From an uncultured Spirochaetota bacterium (GTDB lineage Bacteria > Spirochaetota > Spirochaetia > SZUA-6 > DRHE01): a stretch of DNA of 64,000 nt. A program made the position numbers and the translations under genes. Under the pieces are notes generated by a model. That model worked only from the letters and a program-made list of their open reading frames with translations, searched no databases and was not told the origin of the DNA. Shown here one piece after another: positions 51,347 through 61,968 of this stretch. The stretch covers positions 93,532 to 157,531 of the forward strand of contig CAVTQG010000049.1 in the NCBI GenBank assembly GCA_963736785.1, written 5' to 3'. Numbering within the stretch: position 1 is the stretch's first letter; each line of letters begins with the position of its first letter.

Positions 51347-53524
51347 ATGAACGAGGCCGACTCTCAGGTCGACGGCCATTGCGGCATCTGCGGCGCCGCC
51401 TGCGCCGTTCGCGTCCATCTGGAAGGCGGCCGTATCCGCCGCCTCAGCCCGCGGCCGGGTCACCCGCGCGGCATCACCTGCCGCCGCATCACGCGAGTCG
51501 AGGACATCGTCTATGCCCCCCAGAGGCTGCTGTATCCCCAGCGCGGCACGGGCCCGCGCGGCAGCAGGAGCCTCCAGCGCATCGGCTGGGAGGACGGCCC
51601 TGGACGAGGTCGCCGAGGCGCTGCGGCGGGTCGCCCGCCGCCACGGGCCGGAGGCGGTCTGCCTTTACACGGGCCGGGGCACCTTCGAGCAGTCGCTCTG
51701 GGAGATGCTCTCCCCCGCCGGGGTGCGGGAAACCTCGGCCTGGAGCCTTCTATTCCCCTTCGGCTCCCCGAATACCACCGGCGCCGGCGCCAACTGCTAC
51801 GCCGCCCAGGGGGTCATCGCCCCGGTCCTGACCAGCGGGGTGTGGAAGCTGGACACCCATGCCGACCTGGAGCGGGCTGAGCTGGTAGTGGTCTGGGGCA
51901 CCAACCCGGCCAACGCCTCCCCGCCGCTGGCCATGGCCGGCATCCGCCGGGCCCGGGCCCGGGGCGCCCGGGTGCTGGTGGTGGACCACCGCCGCACCGA
52001 AACCGTCAGGGCCGCCGACGCCCGCTGGCTGCCCATCCGGCCGGGCACCGACGGCGCCCTCGCGCTGGCCATGATCCACGTGCTCATCGAGGAGCAGCTG
52101 TACGACCGGCGGTTCGTGGAAGACTGGACCGTCGGCTTCGAGGAGCTGGCGGCCTACGTGCGGGACTTCAGCCCCGAACAGGCGGAAGCCCTCACCTGCG
52201 TGCCCGCGGCGGAAATCCGTGAGGCGGCCCGCCAGATCGGGCGCGCCCGGGGCGCCTGCCTGCTCCACGACACCGGGCTGGAGTACACCAACAGCGCCGT
52301 GCAGAACGTCCGGGCCGTGCTGATCCTGTTCGCCCTGGCCGGCCACTTCGACGTGCCCGGGGGCAACCTCATCACCATTGCCCCCTGGAGCTTCCAGGTC
52401 AACCGCAGCCGGCGGGTCTCGGCGCCGGCGGGCAGGCCACCGATCGGGGCCGAACGCTACCCGCTTTACACGAAGTTCCGCCACGAGGCCCAGGCCATGG
52501 AGCTTCCGCGGGCGATCCTGGAAGGGAAACCCTATCCGATCCGGGCCCTCCTGGTGTTCGGCGCCTCGATCCTTACCGCCTACCCGGACCCGGGGCTCTG
52601 GCGGCGCGCCTTCGCCGCCCTGGACTTCCTGCTGGTCGTGGACCGCCTGCCCACCGAAGAAACCCTGTTTGCCGACATCGTGCTGCCGGCCTCCACCGCC
52701 TTCGAGCACGGGGGCTACATCGTCCAGGGGCGGCGGGTGGCCGTGCGCCGGCCGATCATCGAGCCTTTAGGGGAGGCCCGCAGCGACTGGGACATCGCCA
52801 TCGCCCTGGCCCAGCGGCTGGGCTACGGCCAGCGCTACCCCCGCAGCATCGAGCAGATGCTGGAATGGGCCTTCGAGGGCACGGGCGTCGACCTGGAAGG
52901 CTGAAGCGTCATCCGGAGGGCATCCAGGTGCCGGCCCCGCCGATGCGCTACCGCAAGTGGGAGCTCGGCCTGCTGCGCCCGGACGGCCAGCCCGGCTTCG
53001 ACACCCCCAGCGGAAAGTTCGAGATCGCCTCCGGCATCCTGCAGGAGCACGGGTATGACCCGCTGCCCGTGTTCCAGCCGCCGGCAGAGGGTCCGCTATC
53101 CACCCCGGAGCTCGCCCGCGAGTACCCCCTGGTGTTCAACTCCGGCTCCCGCAACAAGGAGTTCTTCAATTCCCAGCACCACCACCTGGCCTCCCTGCTC
53201 GAGCGCTACCCGCGGCCCCTGGTCTGGATCCACCCCCAGGACGCGCAGCCGCGGGGCATCGCCGACGGGGACCGGGTGGCGGTCCGCACCCCCCGGGGCC
53301 GGGTGGCCTACACCGCCCGCGTGACCGAGGACATCCTGCCCGGCGTGGTGGAGGCGGACGCCCACGGCGGCGGGTTGACCGCCGCGCCGGCCTGGCGGGA
53401 GTGCAACGCCAACGAGCTCACCGACTTCGAAAACCGGGACCCCATCTCCGGGTTTCCCGTGTACAAAGCCCTGCTCTGTCAGGTCAGCAGGGAGGAGAGC
53501 TCAGCAAATCGATCAGCTGACTGA
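51347..53524 (+). CDS. Cytoplasmic molybdopterin (bis-MGD) oxidoreductase of the DMSO-reductase family with an N-terminal [4Fe-4S] motif; two frame shifts
   Basis: HCGICGAACAVRVHLEGGRIRRLSPRPGHPRGITCRR (CxxCxxC…C). Molybdopterin domain VVVWGTNPANASPPLAMAGIRRARARGARVLVVDHRRTE. C-terminal MGD-binding domain LVWIHPQDAQPRGIADGDRVAVRTPRGRVAYTARVTEDILPGVV. No twin-arginine signal. Confidence 0.7.
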
Positions 53525-54863
53525 CGCTGCTCAGGGTCTCGAACCCCCGGACCAGGTTCACCAGCCGGCCGGCGCGCTCGCGGCCCAGTACCGGGTCCAC
53601 CAGCCAGTGGAACTTTTCCTCCATGACCTTCTCGTCCCACCCGGGCTGCGGGAAACTCAAGGCCCCGTCGACTCTTCCGGAGCGCAAGGTCCCGCCGTCC
53701 TCCAGGTGGAGGGTCACCTCGCTGGCGAAGCGGCCGCGCGGGTCGCCCTGCTGGAACAACCGGCATAGCTCGTCCAGCTCCTCCGAGACCCGCACCTCGA
53801 TCTTCGCCGCCAGCTCCCGGATGCCCCGGTCGCCCAGGCGATGTTCGAGGGTCTGCTCCGGCCCGACCTCGCCGTCCGCCAACATGGCCGCCACCGGCCA
53901 GGCCAGATTGAACTGCGCCTCCTCGGTGGTTTCCGGCAAGCGGGTGCCCAGCGCCGCGGCCTCTCGGAAAGTCTCGATCTGGATCCTGCGGATCCGACGC
54001 GGGTCCAGGCGGTGCCCTTCCACGAGCTTCCGGGCTCCTTCCACGGCGGCGTGGGCCCAGCCGCAGCAGGCGTAGCCCTTGGCCTTCCAGGCCACGCCCT
54101 CCACCAGCAGGTAGTTGTCCCCGATATCGCCGACCCAGGGGGCGTATTTCTCGTGAGCGAGCAGACTCGGGATGCCTGTGAAGCCGCAGGAGGCCAGCTG
54201 CGCCGCGCAGATGCCCGTCAGGGCGCCCCAGCCGATGCCGTGCTTGACCATGGCCGGATGGGCCACGTCGCGCATCATGGGAAGATTGGGGGCGTGGTAG
54301 TCGGCGATTCCCAGCGCCTGGCAGGCCTGGTCGGCAGGCAGGTCCAGGAGATGGGCGGCGACCGCCGCGCAGGCCACCGCGCCCCAGGAGCCGCAGGCCT
54401 GATACACGGCGTGGTCGTCGTGCCAGCAGCGCCCGATGCGGTGGGCCACTTCGTAGCCCACCACCATTCCCGTCAGGAGGCGCGCTCCGCTCAGGCCCCG
54501 CGCTTCGGCCAGGGCCAGCGCCGTGGGAAAAAGCTGCGCCCCCGCGTGCCCGTAGGCGTACCGGGCGCTGTCGTCGGAGTCCAGGCCATTGGCCGCGCAC
54601 CCATTGGCGAAGGCCGCTCCCGCGGCGTTGGCCCTCTTTCCCTGCAGCAGGATGGAGGCCTCGCCCCCCGGCAGGAACCTGGCGGCGAACTCCGCCGCGA
54701 TCCGGCTCACCCGGGCGCGGCTGCCGCTGATCGCGGCCGACAGGTTGTCCAGCAGGCACAGGCGGGCCTTGCGCTGCACCGCGGCGGGCAGCTCCCGCCA
54801 GTGGATGCCGGACACGAAGCGGCCCACCCGCCGCTCCGCGTCCATGCCTCCCGCCTCAGCCAT
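53484..54863 (-). CDS. MmgE/PrpD-family protein (2-methylcitrate dehydratase-like)
   Basis: 459 aa; FVSGIHWRELPAAVQRKARLCLLDNL… and the family-length two-domain layout. Confidence 0.65.
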   Translation of the reverse strand: MAEAGGMDAERRVGRFVSGIHWRELPAAVQRKARLCLLDNLSAAISGSRARVSRIAAEFAARFLPGGEASILLQGKRANAAGAAFANGCAANGLDSDDSARYAYGHAGAQLFPTALALAEARGLSGARLLTGMVVGYEVAHRIGRCWHDDHAVYQACGSWGAVACAAVAAHLLDLPADQACQALGIADYHAPNLPMMRDVAHPAMVKHGIGWGALTGICAAQLASCGFTGIPSLLAHEKYAPWVGDIGDNYLLVEGVAWKAKGYACCGWAHAAVEGARKLVEGHRLDPRRIRRIQIETFREAAALGTRLPETTEEAQFNLAWPVAAMLADGEVGPEQTLEHRLGDRGIRELAAKIEVRVSEELDELCRLFQQGDPRGRFASEVTLHLEDGGTLRSGRVDGALSFPQPGWDEKVMEEKFHWLVDPVLGRERAGRLVNLVRGFETLSSVSQLIDLLSSPPC

Positions 54864-55800
54864 AGCGGATCCGCGGGTTGAGCACCGCGTACAGGATGTC
54901 CGCGACCAGGTTGGAGAGGCTGTACACCGCGACCACGACCATGCTGCAGGCCTGGACCAGGACCACGTCGCGGCGCTGGATCGCGTAGACCAGCAGGCGA
55001 CCCAACCCCGGGTAGCCGTACACCTGCTCGGTCACGATCAGGCCGCCGATGAGGTAGCCTATCCCCATGGCCACCACGGTGATCGTCGGCAGGAGCGCGT
55101 TGCGCAGGACGTGCCGCCGGAGCACCTGACCGCGCGGCAGGCCCTTCAGGTCCGCCGCCCGGACGTAATCGGTCTTCAGCACGTCGATGGTGGCGGCGCG
55201 GGTCATCCGCGCGACGTAGCCCAGGCTGGTCAGGCTGACGGTGATCGCCGGCAGCACGAGGAAGCGGAAGGCCGCGGGAAAGCCCGAGTTCGGCGCGATC
55301 GAGGAATTGGCCGGAAGGATACTCAACGCGATGGCGAAGGCGCTGATCAGGAGCAGCCCGCTCACGAACTCGGGCAGCCCGACGAAGGCCATGGAAAGAC
55401 CCGAGATCGCCTGGTCGATGGGCTTCTCCCGGTTGAGCGCTGCGATGATCCCCAGCAGGATGCCGACCGGCACGTAGAACAGCAGCGCGAGTGAGGCCAG
55501 CATGGCCGAGTTGCGCATCCGGCCCAGGACCAGCGGAAGCACGGGCTGGCGGCTGGTCAGCGAATCGCCCCAGTCCCCCGACACGAAGCGGCCGAGCCAG
55601 CCGAAGTACTGGACGTACGCCGGACGGTCCAGGCCCAGCTCGGCGCGCAGGTTGGCCAAGGCCGTGGGGGTGGCGAACTGTCCCAGCAGCACCTGGGCCA
55701 CATCCCCCGGCAAGAGCTGGGTGGCGGCGAAGATCACGATCGAGGCCAGCAGCAGGGTCAGGAGGATGAAGGCGAGGCGGCGCAGCAGGTAGACGGCCAA
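54856..55800 (-). CDS. ABC transporter permease (DppB/OppB-like)
   Basis: MAVYLLRRLAFILLTLLLASIVIFAATQLLPGDVAQVLLG (DppB-type N-terminus); 6 TM segments. Confidence 0.75.
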   Translation of the reverse strand: MAVYLLRRLAFILLTLLLASIVIFAATQLLPGDVAQVLLGQFATPTALANLRAELGLDRPAYVQYFGWLGRFVSGDWGDSLTSRQPVLPLVLGRMRNSAMLASLALLFYVPVGILLGIIAALNREKPIDQAISGLSMAFVGLPEFVSGLLLISAFAIALSILPANSSIAPNSGFPAAFRFLVLPAITVSLTSLGYVARMTRAATIDVLKTDYVRAADLKGLPRGQVLRRHVLRNALLPTITVVAMGIGYLIGGLIVTEQVYGYPGLGRLLVYAIQRRDVVLVQACSMVVVAVYSLSNLVADILYAVLNPRIRYG

Positions 55801-55803
55801 AGC

Positions 55804-57874
55804 TCAGGACCCTTCCTTCTTCTGGATCCGCAACAGCTCTTCGGCCGGAATGTGGCACTGGATCCGGTGCCAGCGGCCGTGCTCCTGCCAGGGCGGCTCC
55901 TGGGTCTCGCAGATCCTCCCGATCTTGCGGGGGCAGCGCGTGTGGAAACGGCAGCCGGAGGGGACGTTGACGGCGCTAGGCACGCCGCCGCGCAGGCGGA
56001 TGCCCTGCTGTGCGGCGTCGGGGTCGGGCACGGGCAATGCCGACAGCAGCGCCTCGGTGTAGGGATGGTGCGGGGGGGAGAACACGTCCGCCGCCGAGCC
56101 GATCTCCCAGAGGCGCCCCAGGTAGATCACGGCGATCCAGTCCGACAGGTGGCGCACGGCGGCCAGGTCGTGCGAGATGAACAGGTAGGAGGTGCCCTGG
56201 GTCTCCTGGAGGTCGGCCAGCAGGTTCATCAGCGACGCCTGCACCGACACATCCAGGGAGGAAATGGGCTCGTCGCAGATCATCAGGGCCGGATCGGTGG
56301 CGAAGGCCCGGGCAATGGCCACCCGCTGTTTCTCCCCGCCGCTCAGCTCGTGGGGCAGGCGGGGGATGTATTCCAGCGGAAGATTGACCGCCTGGAACAG
56401 CTCCCGCACCCGCTGCCTGAGCCGAGCCCGGGGCAGGCCCCCCAGCAGCGCGAGGGGGCGCTCCACGCTCGCCCCCACGGAAAACTGGGGGTTGAGGGAG
56501 GCGTCGGGATTCTGAAAAACCATCTGGATCTTCTTCAGCTGCGCGGTCGAGCGCCGGGCGAGGGTCCGGGGCAGCTTCTCGCCTTCCAGCGCGAGGTCCC
56601 CCGCGGTGGCCTCCTCCAGCCCGGCGATGCAGCGGGCCAGGGTGGTCTTGCCGCAGCCGCTCTCCCCGACGATCCCCATGGTGAAGCGCCGGCGGACCCG
56701 CACCGAGATGTCGTCCACGGCGCGCACCATCGGCCGGCCGTGCCGCAGCAGCTCCAGCAGTCCCACCCGCCCGGCGGGGAAGTACTTGCGGATATGGGAG
56801 GCCTCCAGCACGACAGGGGTCTGGACCCCGGCAGCCTCCTGGTCGTAGGCGCGTTTCTTCTGCGGCGCGGTGAAGGATTGCGGGGACCGGCGCAGCTCCT
56901 GCCAGCGCCGGCAGGCGGTGGCATGCCCCGGCTCGGCGCTCTGGAGCGGCGGCCGCGCGGCCCGGCAGGCCTCCTCGGCTCCGGGGCAGCGCGGGGCGAA
57001 GATGCACCCCGGCGGAAGCCTGTTGGAGCGGGGGATAAGCCCCGGAATCGTGTTGAGCACGATGTCGCGTTTGTCCAGATCGATGCGCGGCACGCGAGCC
57101 CAACAATCCCAGGGTGTAGGGGTGCAGCGTCCGCTTGAACACGTCGCGCACCGCACCCTCTTCCAGCAGCTCCCCCGCGTACATCACGCCCACGCGGTGG
57201 CCCAGGCGGGCCACCACCCCGAGATTGTGCGTGATGTAGAGGACCGCGGTCCGGTATTCCGCGAGCAGGTCCCGGACCAGGTCCAAAATCACCGCCTCGG
57301 TGGTCACGTCCAGCGCGGTGGTCGGCTCGTCCAGGATGAGCAGGCGCGGGCTGGTGGACAGGGCGATGGCGATCAGCACCCGCTGCAGCTGGCCGCCGCT
57401 CAACTGATGGGCGTAGCGCCGGGCAACAACCGCGGGATCAGACATGCGCACCTTGGCCAGCATCTCCAACGCCAGGGCGGCGGCCCGCCCGCGGGACAGA
57501 CCCAGATGCACGCGGGCCATTTCGGCGATCTGCTCGCCGATCATGATCGAGGGGTTGAGCGCGGTGTTGGGATCCTGGTGCACCATGGTGATCCGGGCGC
57601 CCCAGGTGCGCCGCATCCGGGCGCTGGACAGCTCCAGCAGGTTGGTCCCGTCCAAGTGAACGCTGCCCGCGATGATGCGCCCGTTGGCGGGGAGGTAGCG
57701 CACGATGGCCCGGGCCAGGGTCGTCTTTCCCGAACCGGATTCGCCCACCAGGCCGAAGATCTCCCCCGGGGCAATGGCCAGGGACACGCCGCGGACCGTC
57801 TCCAGCGGGCCCTCATCAGTATCGTAGGCGACGGAGAGGTTGCGCACCTCCAGCGCCGCGGCGGCAGTGTTCAC
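55804..57874 (-). CDS. ABC transporter ATP-binding protein with two fused nucleotide-binding domains (GsiA/DppDF-like); frame shift near 57110
   Basis: NBD1: GLVGESGSGKTT…LSGGQLQRVLIAIAL…LILDEPTTALD; peptide-ABC C-terminal motif HPYT…GC.F..RCP. It continues without a stop into NBD2: GIVGESGCGKTT…LSGGEKQRVAIARAF…MICDEPISSLD…HPYTEALL. Confidence 0.65.
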
Positions 57875-58728
57875 TCGCCCGCCCCGCCCGGCAGGAGCAG
57901 GCGCCGCAGGCCGTCGCTCAGGAAGCCGACCCCCACGACCAGCAAGGCGATGGCGCCGGCGGGGGCCAGCAATGGCCACTGGGCCTGGGTGAAGTAGTTG
58001 CGGGCCTCCCCCACCATCAGTCCCCAGTCCGGCGAGGGCGGCTGCACGCCCAGGCCCAGAAATCCCAGCGAAGCCACCAGGAAGATGGCGTAGGAGAAAC
58101 GCATGGAGGCTTCGACGGCCAGCGGCGGCAGCACGTTGGGGAGGATCTCGCGGAACATGATGTAGAGGCTGCTTTCCCCCCGCAGCCTGGCGGCCTCGAC
58201 GAACTGCCGGGTTTTCAGGTCCAGCACCACGCTGCGGACCACCCGCGATACCATGGGAACGTACAGGAAACCGACGATCAGGACCACGTTCAGCCGGGAG
58301 GGCCCCAGGGAAAAAAGGATGAGCATGGCCAACAGCAGCGGCGGCATGGCCAGCAGGACATCCACCAGGCGCATGAGGATCTCGTCCACCACCCGCCCGA
58401 AATAGCCGGAGACCAGTCCCAGGGTCGAGCCGATGAGGATCGCCAACAGCGCGCCGGACCCGGCCACGAGGTACACGTCCCGGCTGCCGACGATGACCCG
58501 GCTGAAGACGTCGCGCCCGAACTGGTCGGTGCCCAGCAGATGCCGTGGCGAAGGGGGGAGCAGGCGCTCCGCGAGGGACTGATCGGAGTACTTGTAGGGA
58601 GCCACCAGGGGGCCGATCAGCGCCAGCAGCAGAAAAAAACCCACGATCGCCAGGCCGGCCAGCGTCGTCGGGTACCGACGCAGGCGCCGCCAGCCGATCG
58701 CGACCCTGCCCCTCTGTTTTTTATCCAT
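57871..58728 (-). CDS. ABC transporter permease (DppC/OppC-like)
   Basis: Internal start MDKKQRGRVAIGWRRL at 58728; …YFGRVVDEILMRLVDVLLAMPPLLLAMLI… (DppC-type). The upstream part of ORF 57871..60087 is the antisense/alternate frame of the SBP gene. Confidence 0.7.
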   Translation of the reverse strand: MDKKQRGRVAIGWRRLRRYPTTLAGLAIVGFFLLLALIGPLVAPYKYSDQSLAERLLPPSPRHLLGTDQFGRDVFSRVIVGSRDVYLVAGSGALLAILIGSTLGLVSGYFGRVVDEILMRLVDVLLAMPPLLLAMLILFSLGPSRLNVVLIVGFLYVPMVSRVVRSVVLDLKTRQFVEAARLRGESSLYIMFREILPNVLPPLAVEASMRFSYAIFLVASLGFLGLGVQPPSPDWGLMVGEARNYFTQAQWPLLAPAGAIALLVVGVGFLSDGLRRLLLPGGAGE

Positions 58729-58796
58729 GACGTCGAAAACACCCTCCCCCCGCGAACCCGGGGGGAGGACACGCAGCACGCCCGGAACCCGCCGCG

Positions 58797-60365
58797 TTAT
58801 TTCTCGAAATACACCTGCGCCAGATCCACCGCCGTTCCCAGGTAGCCGGTCGGCACGATGCCCTTGAGTTTCTTGCTGGCGCCCCACAGGCTGTTGCTGA
58901 AGAACGGCACGAGGATCGGGCCGCGCTCGATGAAGATCCTCTGGATCTGCTTGTAAATCCCGGCCCGCTTGGCCCGGTCCGACTCGCCGGCGGCCTTCTT
59001 GGCCAGGGCGTCGACCTCCGGGTCCGCCCAGTGGCTCTCGTTCCACTGGGCCCCGCTGGTATACGCCAGGTTCAGGTAGGGCTGCGGGGTGGCCCGCGCG
59101 CCCCAGTCGGTGATGGCGAAGTCGGCCTCCAGCCACAGGTTGTCGGCCCCGTAGTAGACGTCGGGAGGCACGAGCTGGATTTCCACGTCCACCCCTGCGT
59201 CGGCCAGCTGCTCCTTCAGGATCGTGGCCATGGCGGGCACGGGAGAGGCCTGCTGGGCGGTCAGGGTGACTTTCAGCCCGGAACCGTAGCCCGCTTCGGC
59301 CAGCAGCTTTTTCGCCTTGGCCAGGTCCCGCGGCAGCTCCGGCACGTCCAGATAATAGTCGGCGTACGCCGGCCCGAACGGGGTGTCGCGGCCGGTCACC
59401 CCCAGGCCCTGGAAGGCACCGTCCAGGATCGCCTGGCGGTCGATCGCCGCCCGGAAGGCCTGGCGCACCCGCGCGTCGCCGAACGGCTTGCGGTCGCTGC
59501 GCATATGGACCACGTAGTGGGTGTTGGACGGCTTCTGGTAGACCACCAGATTCGGGTCCGCCGCGACGGTCTTCACGTACTCCGAGGGCAGGTACAGCAG
59601 GTAGTCCACCTGCCCGCCCCGCAGCGCTTCGACCTGGGCCGAGGCCTCCGCCAGGAAGATGTACTGGATCCCGTCCAGGTACGGCAGTTGATTGCCCTTG
59701 GCGTCCTTGCGCCAGTAGCTCGGGTTGCGTTTCAGGGTCATGCGATCCTCGGGCAGGTAGCTGTCGATGATGAAGGCTCCCGAGCCGATGTGCTGGGTGG
59801 CGAAGTCCGTGGTGCCGCTCCAGACGATGATCGTGTGGTAGTCGCCCAGGTTGGTGACCAGGTCGGGGTCGGGTTGCTTCAGCTTGAAGACCACCGTGTA
59901 GGCATCCGGGGTGGAAATATCCACGACGCCGGCGTACATGGCCACGGTGGCCGCCCCCACCTTGGGGTCGCGCAGCCGGTCGAAGGTGAACTTCACGTCC
60001 TTGGAGGTAAGCTCCTGGCCGTTGTGGAACTTCACGCCTTTCCGCAAGGTGAAGGTCCAGGTCAGGCCGTCGGCGCTGACCGACCACTTCTCCGCCAGGC
60101 TGCGACCTGGATCCGGCCGCAGGTTTTCGTCGACATACACCAGAAAGTCGCCCCAGAACCGCCCGATCTCGTCATCGGTAATAGAGCTCAGGAAGGCCGG
60201 GTCCAGGTTGGTCGGCGCGAAGAAAGCCTTCTTGAGAACTCCTCCGTACATCCCCCCGCCTGCGGCACCGGCCGCCGGCTTGGCCTCCTGACCGCCGCCG
60301 GCCCACAGCAGGCCAACGGACAACAGCAAAGCAGCGGATAAGACGGCCGCGAAAGATTTTTTCAT
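58797..60365 (-). CDS. ABC transporter periplasmic substrate-binding protein, family 5 (peptide/opine/nickel type)
   Basis: Signal peptide MKKSFAAVLSAALLLSVGLLWAGG; ~500 aa mature SBP5-like. Strong RBS GAAGGAGGA before the ATG at 60365. Confidence 0.75.
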   Translation of the reverse strand: MKKSFAAVLSAALLLSVGLLWAGGGQEAKPAAGAAGGGMYGGVLKKAFFAPTNLDPAFLSSITDDEIGRFWGDFLVYVDENLRPDPGRSLAEKWSVSADGLTWTFTLRKGVKFHNGQELTSKDVKFTFDRLRDPKVGAATVAMYAGVVDISTPDAYTVVFKLKQPDPDLVTNLGDYHTIIVWSGTTDFATQHIGSGAFIIDSYLPEDRMTLKRNPSYWRKDAKGNQLPYLDGIQYIFLAEASAQVEALRGGQVDYLLYLPSEYVKTVAADPNLVVYQKPSNTHYVVHMRSDRKPFGDARVRQAFRAAIDRQAILDGAFQGLGVTGRDTPFGPAYADYYLDVPELPRDLAKAKKLLAEAGYGSGLKVTLTAQQASPVPAMATILKEQLADAGVDVEIQLVPPDVYYGADNLWLEADFAITDWGARATPQPYLNLAYTSGAQWNESHWADPEVDALAKKAAGESDRAKRAGIYKQIQRIFIERGPILVPFFSNSLWGASKKLKGIVPTGYLGTAVDLAQVYFEK

Positions 60366-60448
60366 CGGAAATCCTCCTTCTGTATAAACAATATAGGGTC
60401 CGGGTGCCGCACCTGTCAAAGGAAACACCGCAGGTTAGGAGCCCTTAC

Positions 60449-60477
60449 TTGCCACCGGTTCCGCGGCGGTCTATACT
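60449..60477 (+). promoter_or_regulatory. Sigma70-like promoter carrying the shared CGGCGGTCTATACTCC motif, upstream of MttB paralog 3
   Basis: TTGCCA (60449-60454), 17-nt spacer, TATACT (60472-60477). GGAGG RBS 7 nt before the GTG at 60523. Confidence 0.5.
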
Positions 60478-60522
60478 CCGGCCGCGGACGCTCACAATGG
60501 ATACCCACGTCAGGAGGCGAAG

Positions 60523-61968
60523 GTGCAAGCGAACTGTGTGTATCAGCAGACAGCCAGCCTGCAGTTCTTGAGCCCGGACCAGTGCGAGGAGATCTTCCTC
60601 GCCGCCCTGGACATCCTGGATCGGATCGGGGTGCGGGTGCACGAGCCGCGGGGGCTGGACTTGCTGCGAAAGGCCGGAGCCCGGCTGGAGGCGGACCGCG
60701 CCTTCCTTCCCGCCTGGCTGGTGCGCCAGGCCCTGGCCACGGCGCCCTGCCGGGTCCCGGTCGCCCGCCGCGATGGCCGCCCGGCCCTGCGGTTGGAGAA
60801 GGGCCGCTCCTACTTCGGCACCGGCTCCGACACCCAGTTCACCTATGACTTAGCGGACGGAAAGCGGCGCCTCTCCACCAAGCAGGACGTGGCCAACGCG
60901 GCGCGCATCGCCGACGGCCTGCCCCACATCGACTTCGTGATGTCCCTGGGCCTGGCCTCCGACGTGCCCACCTCCTCCTGCTACGTGCACCAGTTCGAGG
61001 CCATGGCGCTGAACACGGTCAAGCCGATCCTGTACACCGCAGCGGACCGGCGGGACGCGGAGGACATCCTGTCGATCGCCGAGGCCATCGCTGGGGGGCG
61101 CGAAGCCCTGGCCGCCCGCCCCTTCCTGGTCCTTTACGCCGAGCCCACCTCGCCGCTGCAGCACAGCCGGGAGGCGGTGGACAAGCTCCTACTGTGCGCC
61201 GAGCGGCGCCTACCGGTCATGTACATCCCCGCGGTGATGCTGGGGGCCACCGCGCCCGTGACGATCGCCGGCGCCCTGGCCCAGATCAACGCGGAGTGCC
61301 TGTCCGGCCTGGTCATGCACCAGCTGGCCGGTCCCGGCTCTCCATTCATCTACGGCGGGGCCGCACCGGTCATGGACATGCGCACCTCCCTGTGCTCCTA
61401 CGGCTCGCCGGAGCTGGCCCTGTCCTGCGCCGGCATGATCAGCATGGCCCGCTGGCTGAACCTGCCCGTGTTCTGCACGGCGGGCTGTTCCGACGCCCAC
61501 ACCTTCGACCCGCAGGCAGGCCTCGAGGCCGGCTACAGCGTCCTGACCATGGCCCTGGCCGGCGGCAACCTGATCCACGACCTGGGCTATTTGAGCGCGG
61601 GCATGAGCTCCTCGATGGAGATGCTGGCCTTGTGCGACGAGGCGGCGGGCCTCGCCCGCTACCTGCTGGCCGGCATCGAGGTTTCCCCCCGCACCCTGGC
61701 CCTGCAGACCATCGAGCAGGTGGGCCCGGGCGGCAACTACATGGCCGAGAGCCACACCGTGGAGAACTTCAAGAGCTCCCTGCACTTCACCTCGATCATG
61801 AACCGGCTGGAGTACACCCGCTGGCAGGAAGCTGGCTGCACGACCCTTCAGGAGCGGGCCAACCGCCGGGTCCGCGCCATCCTGGCCTCGCACAAACCGC
61901 CGGAGCTGCCGGCCGAAGTCGTGAGGACCGTCCGGGCCGTCGCCTCCGGACGGGACCGCGGCGGATGA
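60523..61968 (+). CDS. MttB-superfamily methyltransferase, paralog 3
   Basis: 481 aa, intact; …DQCEEIFLAALDILDRIGVRV…MYIPAVMLGATAPVTIAGALAQ…QVGPGGNYMAESHTVENFKS. Confidence 0.75.
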   Translation: MQANCVYQQTASLQFLSPDQCEEIFLAALDILDRIGVRVHEPRGLDLLRKAGARLEADRAFLPAWLVRQALATAPCRVPVARRDGRPALRLEKGRSYFGTGSDTQFTYDLADGKRRLSTKQDVANAARIADGLPHIDFVMSLGLASDVPTSSCYVHQFEAMALNTVKPILYTAADRRDAEDILSIAEAIAGGREALAARPFLVLYAEPTSPLQHSREAVDKLLLCAERRLPVMYIPAVMLGATAPVTIAGALAQINAECLSGLVMHQLAGPGSPFIYGGAAPVMDMRTSLCSYGSPELALSCAGMISMARWLNLPVFCTAGCSDAHTFDPQAGLEAGYSVLTMALAGGNLIHDLGYLSAGMSSSMEMLALCDEAAGLARYLLAGIEVSPRTLALQTIEQVGPGGNYMAESHTVENFKSSLHFTSIMNRLEYTRWQEAGCTTLQERANRRVRAILASHKPPELPAEVVRTVRAVASGRDRGG

